64,000 nt of DNA from Bacteroidales bacterium (GCA_017449065.1 JAFSKF010000049.1:3630-67629), one strand, 5' to 3'. Shown: positions 9,967-20,137, counted from the first letter of the stretch. The notes: generated from the letters alone by a model not told the origin. Made by a program: numbers and translations.

Positions 9967-12123
9967 ATGAAAAAACTTACCTCTTTATTTGTTTCAATCG
10001 CTATCTTTTGTCCGACGCTGTTCGGGCAGAACCACTCCGCAGGACCGCAAGCGCAGGGCCTGAAGGATGCATACGGGGATTATTTCAAGGTGGGCGTTGC
10101 CTTGAATGTGCGGAATCTGACGCCTGAACAGGAGTCGGTGGTGCTCCGCGAGTTTAACAGTGTGACTTGCGAAAACGAAATGAAGCCGTCTTCCATCCAT
10201 CCGGCTGAGAATGTGTGGCATTGGGGTGGAGCAGACAGCATTGCCAACTTCTGCCGTGCCAATGGGCTGAAGATGCGCGGGCACTGCCTGATTTGGCATA
10301 CGCAGTTTGCCGACTGGATGTTTACCGATAAGAAAGGCAAGCCGGTAAGCAAGGAAGTTTTCTACAAGCGTCTTCAGGAATATATCCGGACGGTGATGCA
10401 GCGCTATTCGGATGTGGTGTATTGCTGGGATGTGGTGAATGAGGCCATATCGGACGGCGGGTTTGCTCGTCGCGGACAGCAACCGAATCCTTATCGCGAA
10501 TCCAAGTTGTATCAGTTGTGCGGCGATGAGTTTATTGCCAAAGCGTTCCAGTTTGCCCGGGAGGCTGATCCTACTGTCCAGCTCTTCTACAACGACTACA
10601 ATGCTACCGATCCGGGCAAGTGCGACCGCATCTACAATATGGTGAAGAAAATGAAGGAGGCAGGTGTGCCTATCGATGGTATCGGCATGCAGGGGCACTA
10701 TAACATTTACAGTCCTTCGGAAGAAGATCTGGAGGCTGCCATCGCCAAATATTCGGAACTGGTGGATTACATTCATATCACGGAACTGGATGTGCGTATC
10801 AGCGAGGAGATGGGCGGACAGCTGCAGTTCTCGCGTCGCGCCATCGAAGTGAAACCTTACATTCAGGCGATGCACACCGATCAGTATAACCGCTTGTTTA
10901 AGGTGTTCCGCAAGCATAAGGACGTGATCGATGTGGTTACTTTCTGGAATCTGCACGACGGATGTTCGTGGGTGGGTGTGAACAATTATCCGCTCTTGTT
11001 CGACAAAGACCTGAAACCGAAGCCAGCCTATCAGGCCGTCTGCCACTTCGATCCGAAACTTGACAATTTCTTGGTAAAGGAAGACTTCCGGCCTTCGGAG
11101 ATGAACCAGCCGGGACAGTCCTATCCGATGGTCAATTCGCAGGGGTATGCCCGTTTCCGCATCGAGGCTCCGCAAGCCAAGTCGGTATTGGTGAGCTTGG
11201 GTTTGGGCGGACGAGGCGGCACGGTGCTTCGCAAAAACAAGGAAGGTGTCTGGGTGGGAACCACCGAAGGACCCATGGATGAAGGTTTTCACTACTATCA
11301 CCTGACCATCGACGGCGCCGTGGTGAACGATCCGGGAGCCCAGAACTATTTCGGGTCGTGCCGATGGGAGAGTGGCATCGAAATTCCGGCACCAGACAAA
11401 GAGTTTTATGCCTGCCGCAAGGACATCGCCCACGGAGCTGTGCAGGAAGTGCTGTTCTATTCGGAGAGCACCGGACAGATGCAGACCGCTATGGTTTATC
11501 TGCCGCCTACCTATGGTAAGACGGTCAAGGGAAAGCAGGAACGTTTCCCGGTGCTGTATTTGCAGCATGGTTGGGGCGAAAACGAGACCAGCTGGTCGAA
11601 ACAGGGTCATGCGGGCCTGATTATTGACAATCTGATTGCTGACGGCAAGTGCAAGCCATTCATCATCGTGATGGCATACGGCCTGACCAACAACGTGAAG
11701 TTCGGAACCATTGGCCAGTTCACCGCCCAAGAGTTCGAAACAATGCTTATCGACGAGCTTGTGCCTTTCATCGATGCTAACTTCCTGACTAAGGCCGACA
11801 AGTGGAACCGGGCAATGGCCGGTTTGTCGATGGGCGGTGTGGAGACCAAGCTCATAACCTTGCGTCGCCCGGATGTGTTCGGTTACTATGGTTTGCTGAG
11901 TGGTGGCACCTATATGCCAGACGATATTGCCGATCCGAAGCAGGTGCGTCTGATTTTCGAGAGTTGCGGCTCGAAAGAGAATCCCGATCGCATCCGTCAG
12001 TCGGTGGATGCCCTTCAGGCCGCCGGCTTGAACGCTGTGGGCTACGTATCAGAGGGAACGGCGCACGAATTTCTGACGTGGCGTCGCAGTTTGAAGGAAA
12101 TGGCTCCGTTGTTGTTTAAATAA
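9967..12123 (+). CDS. Bifunctional endo-1,4-beta-xylanase (GH10) / carbohydrate esterase (CE1-like, feruloyl-esterase type)
   Basis: The signal peptide is followed by GH10 motifs: GHCLIWHTQ, WDVVNEAI and ITELDV. A middle Ig-like/E-set region comes next. The C-terminal esterase has ...VLYLQHGWGENETSW... and the nucleophile elbow GLSMGG. Confidence 0.9.
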   Translation: MKKLTSLFVSIAIFCPTLFGQNHSAGPQAQGLKDAYGDYFKVGVALNVRNLTPEQESVVLREFNSVTCENEMKPSSIHPAENVWHWGGADSIANFCRANGLKMRGHCLIWHTQFADWMFTDKKGKPVSKEVFYKRLQEYIRTVMQRYSDVVYCWDVVNEAISDGGFARRGQQPNPYRESKLYQLCGDEFIAKAFQFAREADPTVQLFYNDYNATDPGKCDRIYNMVKKMKEAGVPIDGIGMQGHYNIYSPSEEDLEAAIAKYSELVDYIHITELDVRISEEMGGQLQFSRRAIEVKPYIQAMHTDQYNRLFKVFRKHKDVIDVVTFWNLHDGCSWVGVNNYPLLFDKDLKPKPAYQAVCHFDPKLDNFLVKEDFRPSEMNQPGQSYPMVNSQGYARFRIEAPQAKSVLVSLGLGGRGGTVLRKNKEGVWVGTTEGPMDEGFHYYHLTIDGAVVNDPGAQNYFGSCRWESGIEIPAPDKEFYACRKDIAHGAVQEVLFYSESTGQMQTAMVYLPPTYGKTVKGKQERFPVLYLQHGWGENETSWSKQGHAGLIIDNLIADGKCKPFIIVMAYGLTNNVKFGTIGQFTAQEFETMLIDELVPFIDANFLTKADKWNRAMAGLSMGGVETKLITLRRPDVFGYYGLLSGGTYMPDDIADPKQVRLIFESCGSKENPDRIRQSVDALQAAGLNAVGYVSEGTAHEFLTWRRSLKEMAPLLFK

Positions 12124-12130
12124 TAACTCT

Positions 12131-14863
12131 ATGAAAAATATACTTCTTTCCGTAGCGTTTAGCTGTGTGACAGTCGCTGCAGTAGCACAAAACCCGTTTG
12201 TTCAGACCTGGTACACCAGCGACCCGGCACCGATGGTGCATGAGGGAACCATCTATGTCTATACCGGTCACGATGAGGATAATGCCGATTTCTTCTGGAT
12301 GCAGGAATGGCGTGTGTATTCGTCGCAGGATATGGTCAACTGGCAGGATCATGGTTCGCCGCTGGCTCTCGAATCGTTCTCATGGGCTGACGATCGTGCG
12401 TGGGCTTCCCAGTGCATCGAACGGAATGGCAAGTTCTATTGGTATATCTGCGCTCATTCGAAACTTTCAAACGGAATGGCTATCGGTGTTGCAGTGGCAG
12501 ACAGTCCGACAGGACCTTTCCGCGATGCCATCGGCAAACCGCTGTACGAAGACGGTAAGTGGGATCATATTGACCCGACCGTAATGATTGACGATGACGA
12601 TCAGGCCTGGCTGATGTGGGGTAACCCGCAGGTCTATTATCTCAAACTGAATGCCGACATGGTTTCGTATGAGGGGGAAGTAGGCCTGCTCGATATGACC
12701 GAAGAGGCTTTCGGTTCTCCGGCGATGAACAAGCGCGAAAAAGGCAAGCAGTATAAAGACAGTTATGTGGAGGGACCCTGGCTGATGAAAGCTCCGGCTT
12801 GGTCTAAGACGCAATCTCCTTATTATCTGCTGTATGCTGCCGGAGGCGTGCCTGAGCATATCAGCTATTCGACGGCTCCTGCTCCGACGGGACCTTGGAC
12901 CTATCAGGGAGAAATCATGCCGCTGAGCAGCACCAATTCGTTTACGAACCATTGCGGTGTGGCTGATTTCAAAGGACACAGCTATTTCTTCTATCACACC
13001 GGACAACTGCCCAAGGGTGGCGGCTTCGGACGCAGTGTGGCCGTCGAGGAGTTTACTTACAATGCCGACGGTTCCTTCCCGACTATTCTGCCCACGCGCG
13101 AAGGTGTGAAACCCGTAGAGGCATTCAATCCCTATCGTAAGGTGGAAGCTGAGACGATGGCTTATTCCGAAGGCCTGAAAACCGAGCAGAACAATCAGGT
13201 GGGTGTCTATGTTACCGATATTCACAACGGAGACTATATCAAATTGCAGCAAGTCGCTTTCGGCAACAAGCTGCCGCGCACGTTTACGGCCCGTGTGGCA
13301 AGCGGTTTGCGAGGCGGACAGATCGAAGTGCGTATCGACAGCGTTGGCGGACCGTTGTTGTGCCGGCTCAATGTGCCTGCCACGGGCGGTTGGGAGCAGT
13401 GGCAGACACTGACGGCCGATTTTACGGAGAGAGTGACAGGCACGCACGATCTCTATTTCGTGTTTACAGGCCGGAAGGGTCCGAAGCTCTTTAATTTCGA
13501 CTGGTGGGAAATACGCGGATTAGAGCAGGTGAATATGCCGCTCTTCCAAACCAAATTCACGGCCGATCCATCGCCGTTAGTGGTAGGCGACACGCTGTTC
13601 CTGTTTACTTCGCACGATGCTTCGCCTGAAGATATTCCCGATGCCAACGAGAAGAGCTCGGCAGGATTCTTCATGTACGACTGGTTGCTTTGGAGCACCA
13701 CCGATATGGTGAACTGGACCGAACACGGTGCGGTGGCTTCGCTGAAGGACTTCCCTTGGCGCAGCCGTGATAACGGAGCCTGGGCCATTCAGACCGTTGA
13801 ACGCAACGGCAAGTATTATCTGTATGCACCGCTGCATGGGCACGGTATCGGTGTGCTGACAGCCGATTCGCCCTATGGTCCCTATCGCGATCCGTTAGAC
13901 AAACCTTTGGTATGGGATCGCAACAACTGGTATGACATCGATCCGACGGTCTTTACCGATACCGACGGTCAGGCGTATATGTATTGGGGCAATCCGCACA
14001 CATTCTATGCAAAGCTGAACGACGATATGATATCGCTGAAGAGCGAGGTGGTTAAGCTTCCTCATATCGATACCTATCAGGAAGGCCCGTGGTTCTATAA
14101 GCGTAACGGTCATTATTACCTCGGATTTGCCTCCACCTGTTGTCCGGAGGCTTTGGGTTATGCCATGAGCGATTCTCCGACAGGTCCGTGGGAACCGAAA
14201 GGCTACATTATGCGTCCGACACCCCGGGATCGCGGCAATCACCCCGGCATCTGTGACTATAAAGGACACTCGTATGTGTTCGGACAGAACTACGACCTGA
14301 TGCATCTCGAAACCTTCGTGCATCATGAACGTCGTTCCGTATCTGCTACCGAGATTACCTACCATGCAGACGGAACCATACAGGAAGTGCCTTACTGGCT
14401 GGACCAGCAGCCCCTGAAACAGTTGCATTGGCTGGATCCCTACAAGCGCGTGGAAGCAGAGACAATGGCTTGGGGCTATGGACTGAAATCTGCCAAGATG
14501 GGCATCGAAAATACGGGTGTAGTAGCTGATATGCCGACTTCCACAGGACGGAGGAATATGTACATCTTCGATATCGATAATGGAGAATACATCAAGCTTC
14601 GCGGTGTGGATTTCGGTGACAATGGCGCCCGACAGTTCCGCATCACCGCTGCCGCTATAGGTACGGCAACCGTTTCGCTGCGTCTGGGCAGTATTGACGG
14701 TCCGGTGGTGGGTACAGTCACTATCAGCAGCACCGGTTCGGTGGAGAAGTATCGCGCCTTCAGCGGGAAGGTGAAGAACGCAGTCGGCGTGCACGACCTT
14801 TATCTTTGTTTCGATAAGGTAAACGGAGACGTTCGTCTGGATTGGTGGCAGTTTAAGCATTAA
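12131..14863 (+). CDS. Tandem GH43-CBM6-GH43-CBM6 xylosidase/arabinofuranosidase
   Basis: 910 aa with two GH43 cores (...WYTSDPAPMVHEGTIYVY... and ...FTADPSPLVVGDTLFLF...). Each is followed by a CBM6-like module starting VEAETMA and ending DWWEI / DWWQF. Confidence 0.85.
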   Translation: MKNILLSVAFSCVTVAAVAQNPFVQTWYTSDPAPMVHEGTIYVYTGHDEDNADFFWMQEWRVYSSQDMVNWQDHGSPLALESFSWADDRAWASQCIERNGKFYWYICAHSKLSNGMAIGVAVADSPTGPFRDAIGKPLYEDGKWDHIDPTVMIDDDDQAWLMWGNPQVYYLKLNADMVSYEGEVGLLDMTEEAFGSPAMNKREKGKQYKDSYVEGPWLMKAPAWSKTQSPYYLLYAAGGVPEHISYSTAPAPTGPWTYQGEIMPLSSTNSFTNHCGVADFKGHSYFFYHTGQLPKGGGFGRSVAVEEFTYNADGSFPTILPTREGVKPVEAFNPYRKVEAETMAYSEGLKTEQNNQVGVYVTDIHNGDYIKLQQVAFGNKLPRTFTARVASGLRGGQIEVRIDSVGGPLLCRLNVPATGGWEQWQTLTADFTERVTGTHDLYFVFTGRKGPKLFNFDWWEIRGLEQVNMPLFQTKFTADPSPLVVGDTLFLFTSHDASPEDIPDANEKSSAGFFMYDWLLWSTTDMVNWTEHGAVASLKDFPWRSRDNGAWAIQTVERNGKYYLYAPLHGHGIGVLTADSPYGPYRDPLDKPLVWDRNNWYDIDPTVFTDTDGQAYMYWGNPHTFYAKLNDDMISLKSEVVKLPHIDTYQEGPWFYKRNGHYYLGFASTCCPEALGYAMSDSPTGPWEPKGYIMRPTPRDRGNHPGICDYKGHSYVFGQNYDLMHLETFVHHERRSVSATEITYHADGTIQEVPYWLDQQPLKQLHWLDPYKRVEAETMAWGYGLKSAKMGIENTGVVADMPTSTGRRNMYIFDIDNGEYIKLRGVDFGDNGARQFRITAAAIGTATVSLRLGSIDGPVVGTVTISSTGSVEKYRAFSGKVKNAVGVHDLYLCFDKVNGDVRLDWWQFKH

Positions 14864-14867
14864 AAAA

Positions 14868-17800
14868 ATGAGATATACGATGAAATACTTACTGACCCTT
14901 TTATTTTCCCTGTCCTGTCTGTTGCCGGTTCATGCGGCCATGGAGATTTCTCAGAAATATACCAGCGTAGAGGATGCTTTGGGTAAGACCTTCGCTATCG
15001 TCAATGAATCGGAAGGCAAGGCTTTGTTCGGTTCGGATGCCCAAAACTTGGGTTATGATGATTACCAGACTGCGTTCAGCGATGCGAACAGCGGCTATCA
15101 GTTTAAATTGGAGAAAAGCAGCGTAAGCGGAGGCTATCTGCTGCGACTCATGACTCCCGACGGTTCGGAATACAGTATTTGGGGCAGTCCCGGCTATTTG
15201 AATTCGCAGCCGGCCAACCAGCAGTGCTGCTTTATTCTCGGTCTGAATTCCCAGAACGGACAGGATATGAAAAACGGGGCTGTCTGGGAGATTGACTATG
15301 CTGACGGAAAAGGATTTTCGCTGAACAATGTAGCCACCGGAAGGTTTTTGCACGATGCCAGTCCTGCCAAATACGATGATCCTGTCTATTTCCAGTTCTG
15401 CACGCTCAAGGATAACGATCCGAACATAGTGCTGCATGATACTATCGACATCAGCGGTAACAACACATCGAGCAGTTATGTGACTTACGATAAAGCCCTT
15501 TCGATTCCGGAGGGAAAGACCACCGATGTGCTGATGGCCCGTTACTGCTACTTCTCTTCGAAAGTGACGGGTACCGGTGTGCTGAATCTTCGTGCCGGTG
15601 GCGAACGCAGCTATTTGGGCACCGCCAAGGGTGCCGCCTGGCCGGATTGGTCGGGCTTTTCGGGAGAAGTACATATTTATCCTTATCCTGAGAATTCCTC
15701 TTCAGCAGGATTCTATGGGATGGTGCTGGCTCATGGCGGCAAGTCGTTTTCAGCTGAAAACATTGAGGACGGTATCAAGTCGGGCAAAGTGAACAATTCG
15801 ATGGAGAACAATCGGGTTACCTTGCACAAGGGTGCTACCCTCTGCTGTGAGGCGAATACCAGCGGGGCCGGATTCCGTATCGGTGAATTGCAGACAGAGG
15901 CTGGTTCCAGCATTATCGGTTACATGAAGAAGAATACGCGGGCTGCCCAGTTTATTGTGGGTTGCCTGAATACCGATGCCACATTGGCCGGAACCATCGC
16001 CCCTCCCGATTACAGCGACACACATCCTGTGGGTATCATCAAAGAGGGTACAGGTACTTACCGGTTAACCGCCAACAATAACTATCTGTCCGGTGCCTTG
16101 CGTGTGCTGGGGGGACGTGTACTGGTGATGAATGACAGGGCAGAGACAGAAAGCAAGAAACTGCGTGGCGCCCTCGGAGCCAAGGCGAACGATGAAGACG
16201 CTATTGCTTTTGTTTTCGAAGCCGGTGAACTGGGTGGTACGGGAAGTATTGGCGGAACCGTCGATAACTATGGCATCCTCGAACCGGGAGACGATACCAT
16301 CGGAACGCTGACACTGAAGAATTATGCGGCAGTCAAGGATGCCAATCTCTATGTGCGTCCGGACAGCAAGCTCCGGTTTAAGATTGCTTCAAGAGAGGAA
16401 TACGACCAGTTGCTGGTCGATGGTACTGTGAAATACTTCAATATTGCGCAGGATTTTACGACATCCGACAAGATGCCTGTCATTCAGTTGGTGCTGGCAG
16501 ACAATGCAAGTGTTAAGGTGGGCGATGAGTTCCCGGTGCTGAAGGCAAAGAGCAAGACAAGCAAAGCGGATGAGTGGCACTTCGAGTTGCAGAAGCCGGA
16601 GCACTACACTTGGAAGATTGTGGAGCATGAGGAAAACGGAGAGTATCAGGTCTGGCTGCGTGTGGAGTCTTTGGAAGATCAGCAGGGTGGCGACGACGAT
16701 CCGAACGATCATCCGGACGATGGCGAACAGATGGGTGCTTTCTACGATGACGGCATCGATGAGGCTACCGATTTCACGACGCTTCGCGAGTATGCCACTA
16801 AGAACGGCAAGCGGATCGGAACCGCAATCTCTATGTGGAAGAACGACCTTACCAATGCATCTTTGGGTGAGACGCAGGAAGTCGGTTCCCAGTTCAATAT
16901 GCTGGTGGCAGAAAACGAAATGAAGTTCGATGCCTTACAGCCCAATCAGGGTGAGTTCAACTACTGGGCTGCCGATAATCTGGTCAGCTTCGCACAAAAC
17001 CACAATATGTCGGTTCGCGGACACTGTCTGGCCTGGCACTCGCAGTTGCCGACATGGGTGAGCAGCGACGGCAAGAAGAACGATAAGAACTGGAGCCGTG
17101 AGCAGGCGCTGAAGATTCTGGAGAACCATATCAATCAGGTGATGGCACATTTCAAGGGAAAAGTGACCGAATGGGATGTGGTGAACGAGTGTCCGGATGA
17201 CGATCAGACCACTGTGCGCACCAATCCGGACGGCTACGACCTGCGCAAGGAAAGTGTGTGGACCCGTGCCATCGGAGAAGGATTTATCGATTCTGCATTC
17301 GTATATGCCCATCGTGCAGATCCGGATGCTAAACTCTATCTGAACGATTATGGCGTGGAGTTGCAGGGCAAGGCCAAATCGGTGGCTTTCTACAACTTGG
17401 CTCTCCGTTTGAAGCAGTCGGGTATTCCGATTGACGGAGTCGGTTTGCAGTGCCACTTCTCGGTGGGCGATGTGGATTCGGTGAAACTGGCTGCTACGTT
17501 CGAGAAGTTCGCAGAAATCGGTCTGAACTGTATCGTTACCGAACTTGATATGGGTATTTCTTCCACTTCGGAGGAGGATCTTCTGGAGCAGGCTCGCAAT
17601 TACCGTATGATTACCGATATTATGCTCAATAGCGCCAATAGTCCGCACATGGTTATTTGGGGCCTGAAAGATAACAACAGCTGGCGGGAGGCTTCGAGTC
17701 CGTTGCTCTACAATGCAGGCCTCGGTCGTAAACCGGCCTGGTATGCGGTCCGTTCGGCATTGCGTCATCGTACCTTGGGCAACGAAACCCCGATAGATGC

Positions 17801-17912
17801 AATATTGAGTATTCCGGTAGAAGAAAACGTATTTTATGATATGCAGGGACGTCGTGTGGAACATCCTACGAAAGGTCTCTATATCGTGAACGGTAAGAAA
17901 GCAATGAGATAA
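14868..17912 (+). CDS. T9SS-secreted GH10 xylanase with a long N-terminal non-catalytic region
   Basis: 1014 aa. GH10 motifs GHCLAWHSQ, WDVVNE and VTELDM lie in the C-terminal third. The middle has repeats like GTGTYRLTANNNYLSGALRVLGGRVLV and GTLTLKNYA (autotransporter-associated beta-strand style). It ends ...VFYDMQGRRVEHPTKGLYIVNGKKAMR (T9SS CTD). Confidence 0.8.
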   Translation: MRYTMKYLLTLLFSLSCLLPVHAAMEISQKYTSVEDALGKTFAIVNESEGKALFGSDAQNLGYDDYQTAFSDANSGYQFKLEKSSVSGGYLLRLMTPDGSEYSIWGSPGYLNSQPANQQCCFILGLNSQNGQDMKNGAVWEIDYADGKGFSLNNVATGRFLHDASPAKYDDPVYFQFCTLKDNDPNIVLHDTIDISGNNTSSSYVTYDKALSIPEGKTTDVLMARYCYFSSKVTGTGVLNLRAGGERSYLGTAKGAAWPDWSGFSGEVHIYPYPENSSSAGFYGMVLAHGGKSFSAENIEDGIKSGKVNNSMENNRVTLHKGATLCCEANTSGAGFRIGELQTEAGSSIIGYMKKNTRAAQFIVGCLNTDATLAGTIAPPDYSDTHPVGIIKEGTGTYRLTANNNYLSGALRVLGGRVLVMNDRAETESKKLRGALGAKANDEDAIAFVFEAGELGGTGSIGGTVDNYGILEPGDDTIGTLTLKNYAAVKDANLYVRPDSKLRFKIASREEYDQLLVDGTVKYFNIAQDFTTSDKMPVIQLVLADNASVKVGDEFPVLKAKSKTSKADEWHFELQKPEHYTWKIVEHEENGEYQVWLRVESLEDQQGGDDDPNDHPDDGEQMGAFYDDGIDEATDFTTLREYATKNGKRIGTAISMWKNDLTNASLGETQEVGSQFNMLVAENEMKFDALQPNQGEFNYWAADNLVSFAQNHNMSVRGHCLAWHSQLPTWVSSDGKKNDKNWSREQALKILENHINQVMAHFKGKVTEWDVVNECPDDDQTTVRTNPDGYDLRKESVWTRAIGEGFIDSAFVYAHRADPDAKLYLNDYGVELQGKAKSVAFYNLALRLKQSGIPIDGVGLQCHFSVGDVDSVKLAATFEKFAEIGLNCIVTELDMGISSTSEEDLLEQARNYRMITDIMLNSANSPHMVIWGLKDNNSWREASSPLLYNAGLGRKPAWYAVRSALRHRTLGNETPIDAILSIPVEENVFYDMQGRRVEHPTKGLYIVNGKKAMR

Positions 17913-17915
17913 CCC

Positions 17916-20090
17916 ATGAAGAAAAGGCTATTCATTTTAACTATACTTGGCAGCTTGTCGCTTTGGGCGACGGCTGCCTCTTCTGTTGCTTCAGAAAGCA
18001 AGTTGAGGGTAACGTATGTGGCTGAGAATGCGGTGCGCATCCAGTATGCACCGGAGGGTGTGGAAAGCAGTCTGCCCGATTGGATCTATGTGGAGCACGG
18101 GGAAGTTGCTTCGCCAAAGATTTCAGCCTTGGTGAAAGGAAACAAGGTGACAGTGAAGGATCCGAAAGGACGAGTTGTCTTCCGTGCGACCACTCACCGG
18201 TTGGAGAACGGTGTGGCGACCTTGGTCTTCGATTCTCCGAAAGAGGAATGCCTGTTCGGTCTTGGTCAGTTCCAGGATGGCTATAGCAATGTGCGCGGTC
18301 TTTCGCGCCGTTTGACGCAGGTGAATACACAGATTTCCATTCCGATGCTCCTTTCGAGCAAGGGGTATGGTGTGCTGTGGAACAACTACGGCCTCACGGA
18401 GTTCAATCCGGGCGATCAGAGCGTGCAACTCGTGAGGCGGGAAGGACACGGCGAAAAGGAAGTGGTCAATGTGACATCGACTGAAGGAGGAAAGAAAGAG
18501 GTGCGTGAACGTAATGTGTTCGAAGCAACCATCGAACTGAAGGAAGATGGCGATTACTCGCTGCTGCTTGATGTCGGGCAAAAAATGGCGCGCCGCCATC
18601 AGCTGACCATCGACGGACAAGTAGTCATTGAGATGCAGAACCTCTGGCTGCCTCCGACGGCTTCGAAGATTGTGCACCTGACGAAAGGAATACATCAGTT
18701 GTCAGCAGAACTGACCAAGGAGGATGTGCCGGTGCTGTATTATAAAAAGGTGACCGACCAGACCGTGTTCCGTTCTCCGGTGGCTGAGGCAATCGATTAT
18801 ACGGTGTTTGTGGGCACTCCCGATGAGGTGATTGCCACCTATCGGAAGCTTACGGGAGAATGCCCGGAAATGCCGTCGTGGGCGTTGGGCTACATCCATT
18901 GCCGCGAACGGTTCCATTCGTCGGACGAAATCCTGCAGACGGCGAACCGCTTCCGTAGCGAGCAACTGCCGCTCAGCCTGATTGTGCAGGATTGGCAGTA
19001 TTGGGGTAAATATGGCTGGAACTCGATGCACTTCGACGAGGAGTTCTATCCCGATCCGAAAGCGCTGACCGACAGTTTGCACCGGATGGATGTCCGTCTG
19101 ATGCTGAGCGTGTGGTCGAAGATTGACAAACGTTCGGAAGTGGGACGCCAGATGGAGCACGACGGATATTATATTCCCGGCACAGAGTGGATCGATTTCT
19201 TCAATCCGGAGGCTGCTGATGCCTATTGGAAGAACTTCTCCGAGAGATTGCTGCCCTTGGGCATCGATGCCTGGTGGCAGGATGCTACGGAACCGGAAAA
19301 CGATGATTTGGCAGGGCGCCGCGTGAACAACGGCAAATGGTCGGGTGAACAGGTGCGGAATGTCTATCCGCTGTTGGTCAACAAGACGGTATCGGAAGGG
19401 TTGCAGAAGGCTGGTAAGGCTCCGATGATCCTGACCCGTTGCGGCTTTCCGGGCATTCAGCGCTATGGCTCCGCATTGTGGAGCGGCGATGTCGGCAACG
19501 ACTGGGAGACGTTCCGCCGCCAGATTGTGGCAGGATTAGGAGTGCAGGCAGCAGGCATTCCATGGTGGACCTACGATGCAGGCGGTTTCTTCCGTCCTTA
19601 CAACCAATATACCGATTCGGCATATATCGAACGGATGCTGCGATGGATAGAGACCAGCGTCTTTCTGCCACTGATGCGAGTGCATGGCTATATGAGCAAT
19701 ACGGAGCCTTGGAACTATGGACCCGAGGCGCAGTCGGTCATTGCTGAGTGTCTGAAAGAGCGGTATCGGCTGTTGCCCTACATCAAGCGCTGTGCTCAGG
19801 CCGTTGCCGGACAGGGTGGCACCCTGATGCGTCCGCTGGTGTTCGACTTTGCCAACGATCCGGAAGCCCTGAAACAGCAGTACGAATATATGTTCGGTCC
19901 GGCCTTGCTCATCAGTCCGGTCACAGAATCCGGTGTCAGTACCTGGCGGACCTATCTGCCCAAGCATCCCGGTGGCTGGTATGATTATCGGACAGGCGAG
20001 CACTACGACGGTGGCCAATATGTGGTCACTCCGATAACCAAGGCTTTCATCCCGGTTTTTATCCGCGACGGCTATCAGTTGGGTGATTAA
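17916..20090 (+). CDS. GH31 alpha-glycosidase (alpha-xylosidase/alpha-glucosidase-like)
   Basis: 724 aa with a signal peptide. ...GIDAWWQDATEPEND... (nucleophile region) and ...RCGFPGIQRYGSALWSGD... are typical of Bacteroidota GH31. Confidence 0.75.
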   Translation: MKKRLFILTILGSLSLWATAASSVASESKLRVTYVAENAVRIQYAPEGVESSLPDWIYVEHGEVASPKISALVKGNKVTVKDPKGRVVFRATTHRLENGVATLVFDSPKEECLFGLGQFQDGYSNVRGLSRRLTQVNTQISIPMLLSSKGYGVLWNNYGLTEFNPGDQSVQLVRREGHGEKEVVNVTSTEGGKKEVRERNVFEATIELKEDGDYSLLLDVGQKMARRHQLTIDGQVVIEMQNLWLPPTASKIVHLTKGIHQLSAELTKEDVPVLYYKKVTDQTVFRSPVAEAIDYTVFVGTPDEVIATYRKLTGECPEMPSWALGYIHCRERFHSSDEILQTANRFRSEQLPLSLIVQDWQYWGKYGWNSMHFDEEFYPDPKALTDSLHRMDVRLMLSVWSKIDKRSEVGRQMEHDGYYIPGTEWIDFFNPEAADAYWKNFSERLLPLGIDAWWQDATEPENDDLAGRRVNNGKWSGEQVRNVYPLLVNKTVSEGLQKAGKAPMILTRCGFPGIQRYGSALWSGDVGNDWETFRRQIVAGLGVQAAGIPWWTYDAGGFFRPYNQYTDSAYIERMLRWIETSVFLPLMRVHGYMSNTEPWNYGPEAQSVIAECLKERYRLLPYIKRCAQAVAGQGGTLMRPLVFDFANDPEALKQQYEYMFGPALLISPVTESGVSTWRTYLPKHPGGWYDYRTGEHYDGGQYVVTPITKAFIPVFIRDGYQLGD

Positions 20091-20137
20091 ATCTGATTAC
20101 TCTGGATACTCCGAGTGCTCTGAATACTCAGATTATT
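20084..20137 (+). repeat. 6 x 9-bp tandem array starting in the GH31 stop codon
   Basis: TGATTAAAT CTGATTACT CTGGATACT CCGAGTGCT CTGAATACT CAGATTATT. The first unit contains TAA 20088-20090. Confidence 0.8.

Noticed and set aside
9994-11730. 578-aa ORF antisense to the GH10-CE1 gene (similar cases: 7876-9108 opposite glgP, 13895-14860 opposite GH43, 16935-17864 opposite GH10, 3087-4079 opposite the OmpA-family gene)
   Set aside because: Those whose frame I checked (9994-11730, 7876-9108) are codon-aligned mirror frames of confidently identified sense genes. The others also lie antisense to genes with clear family motifs and show no domain signatures of their own.
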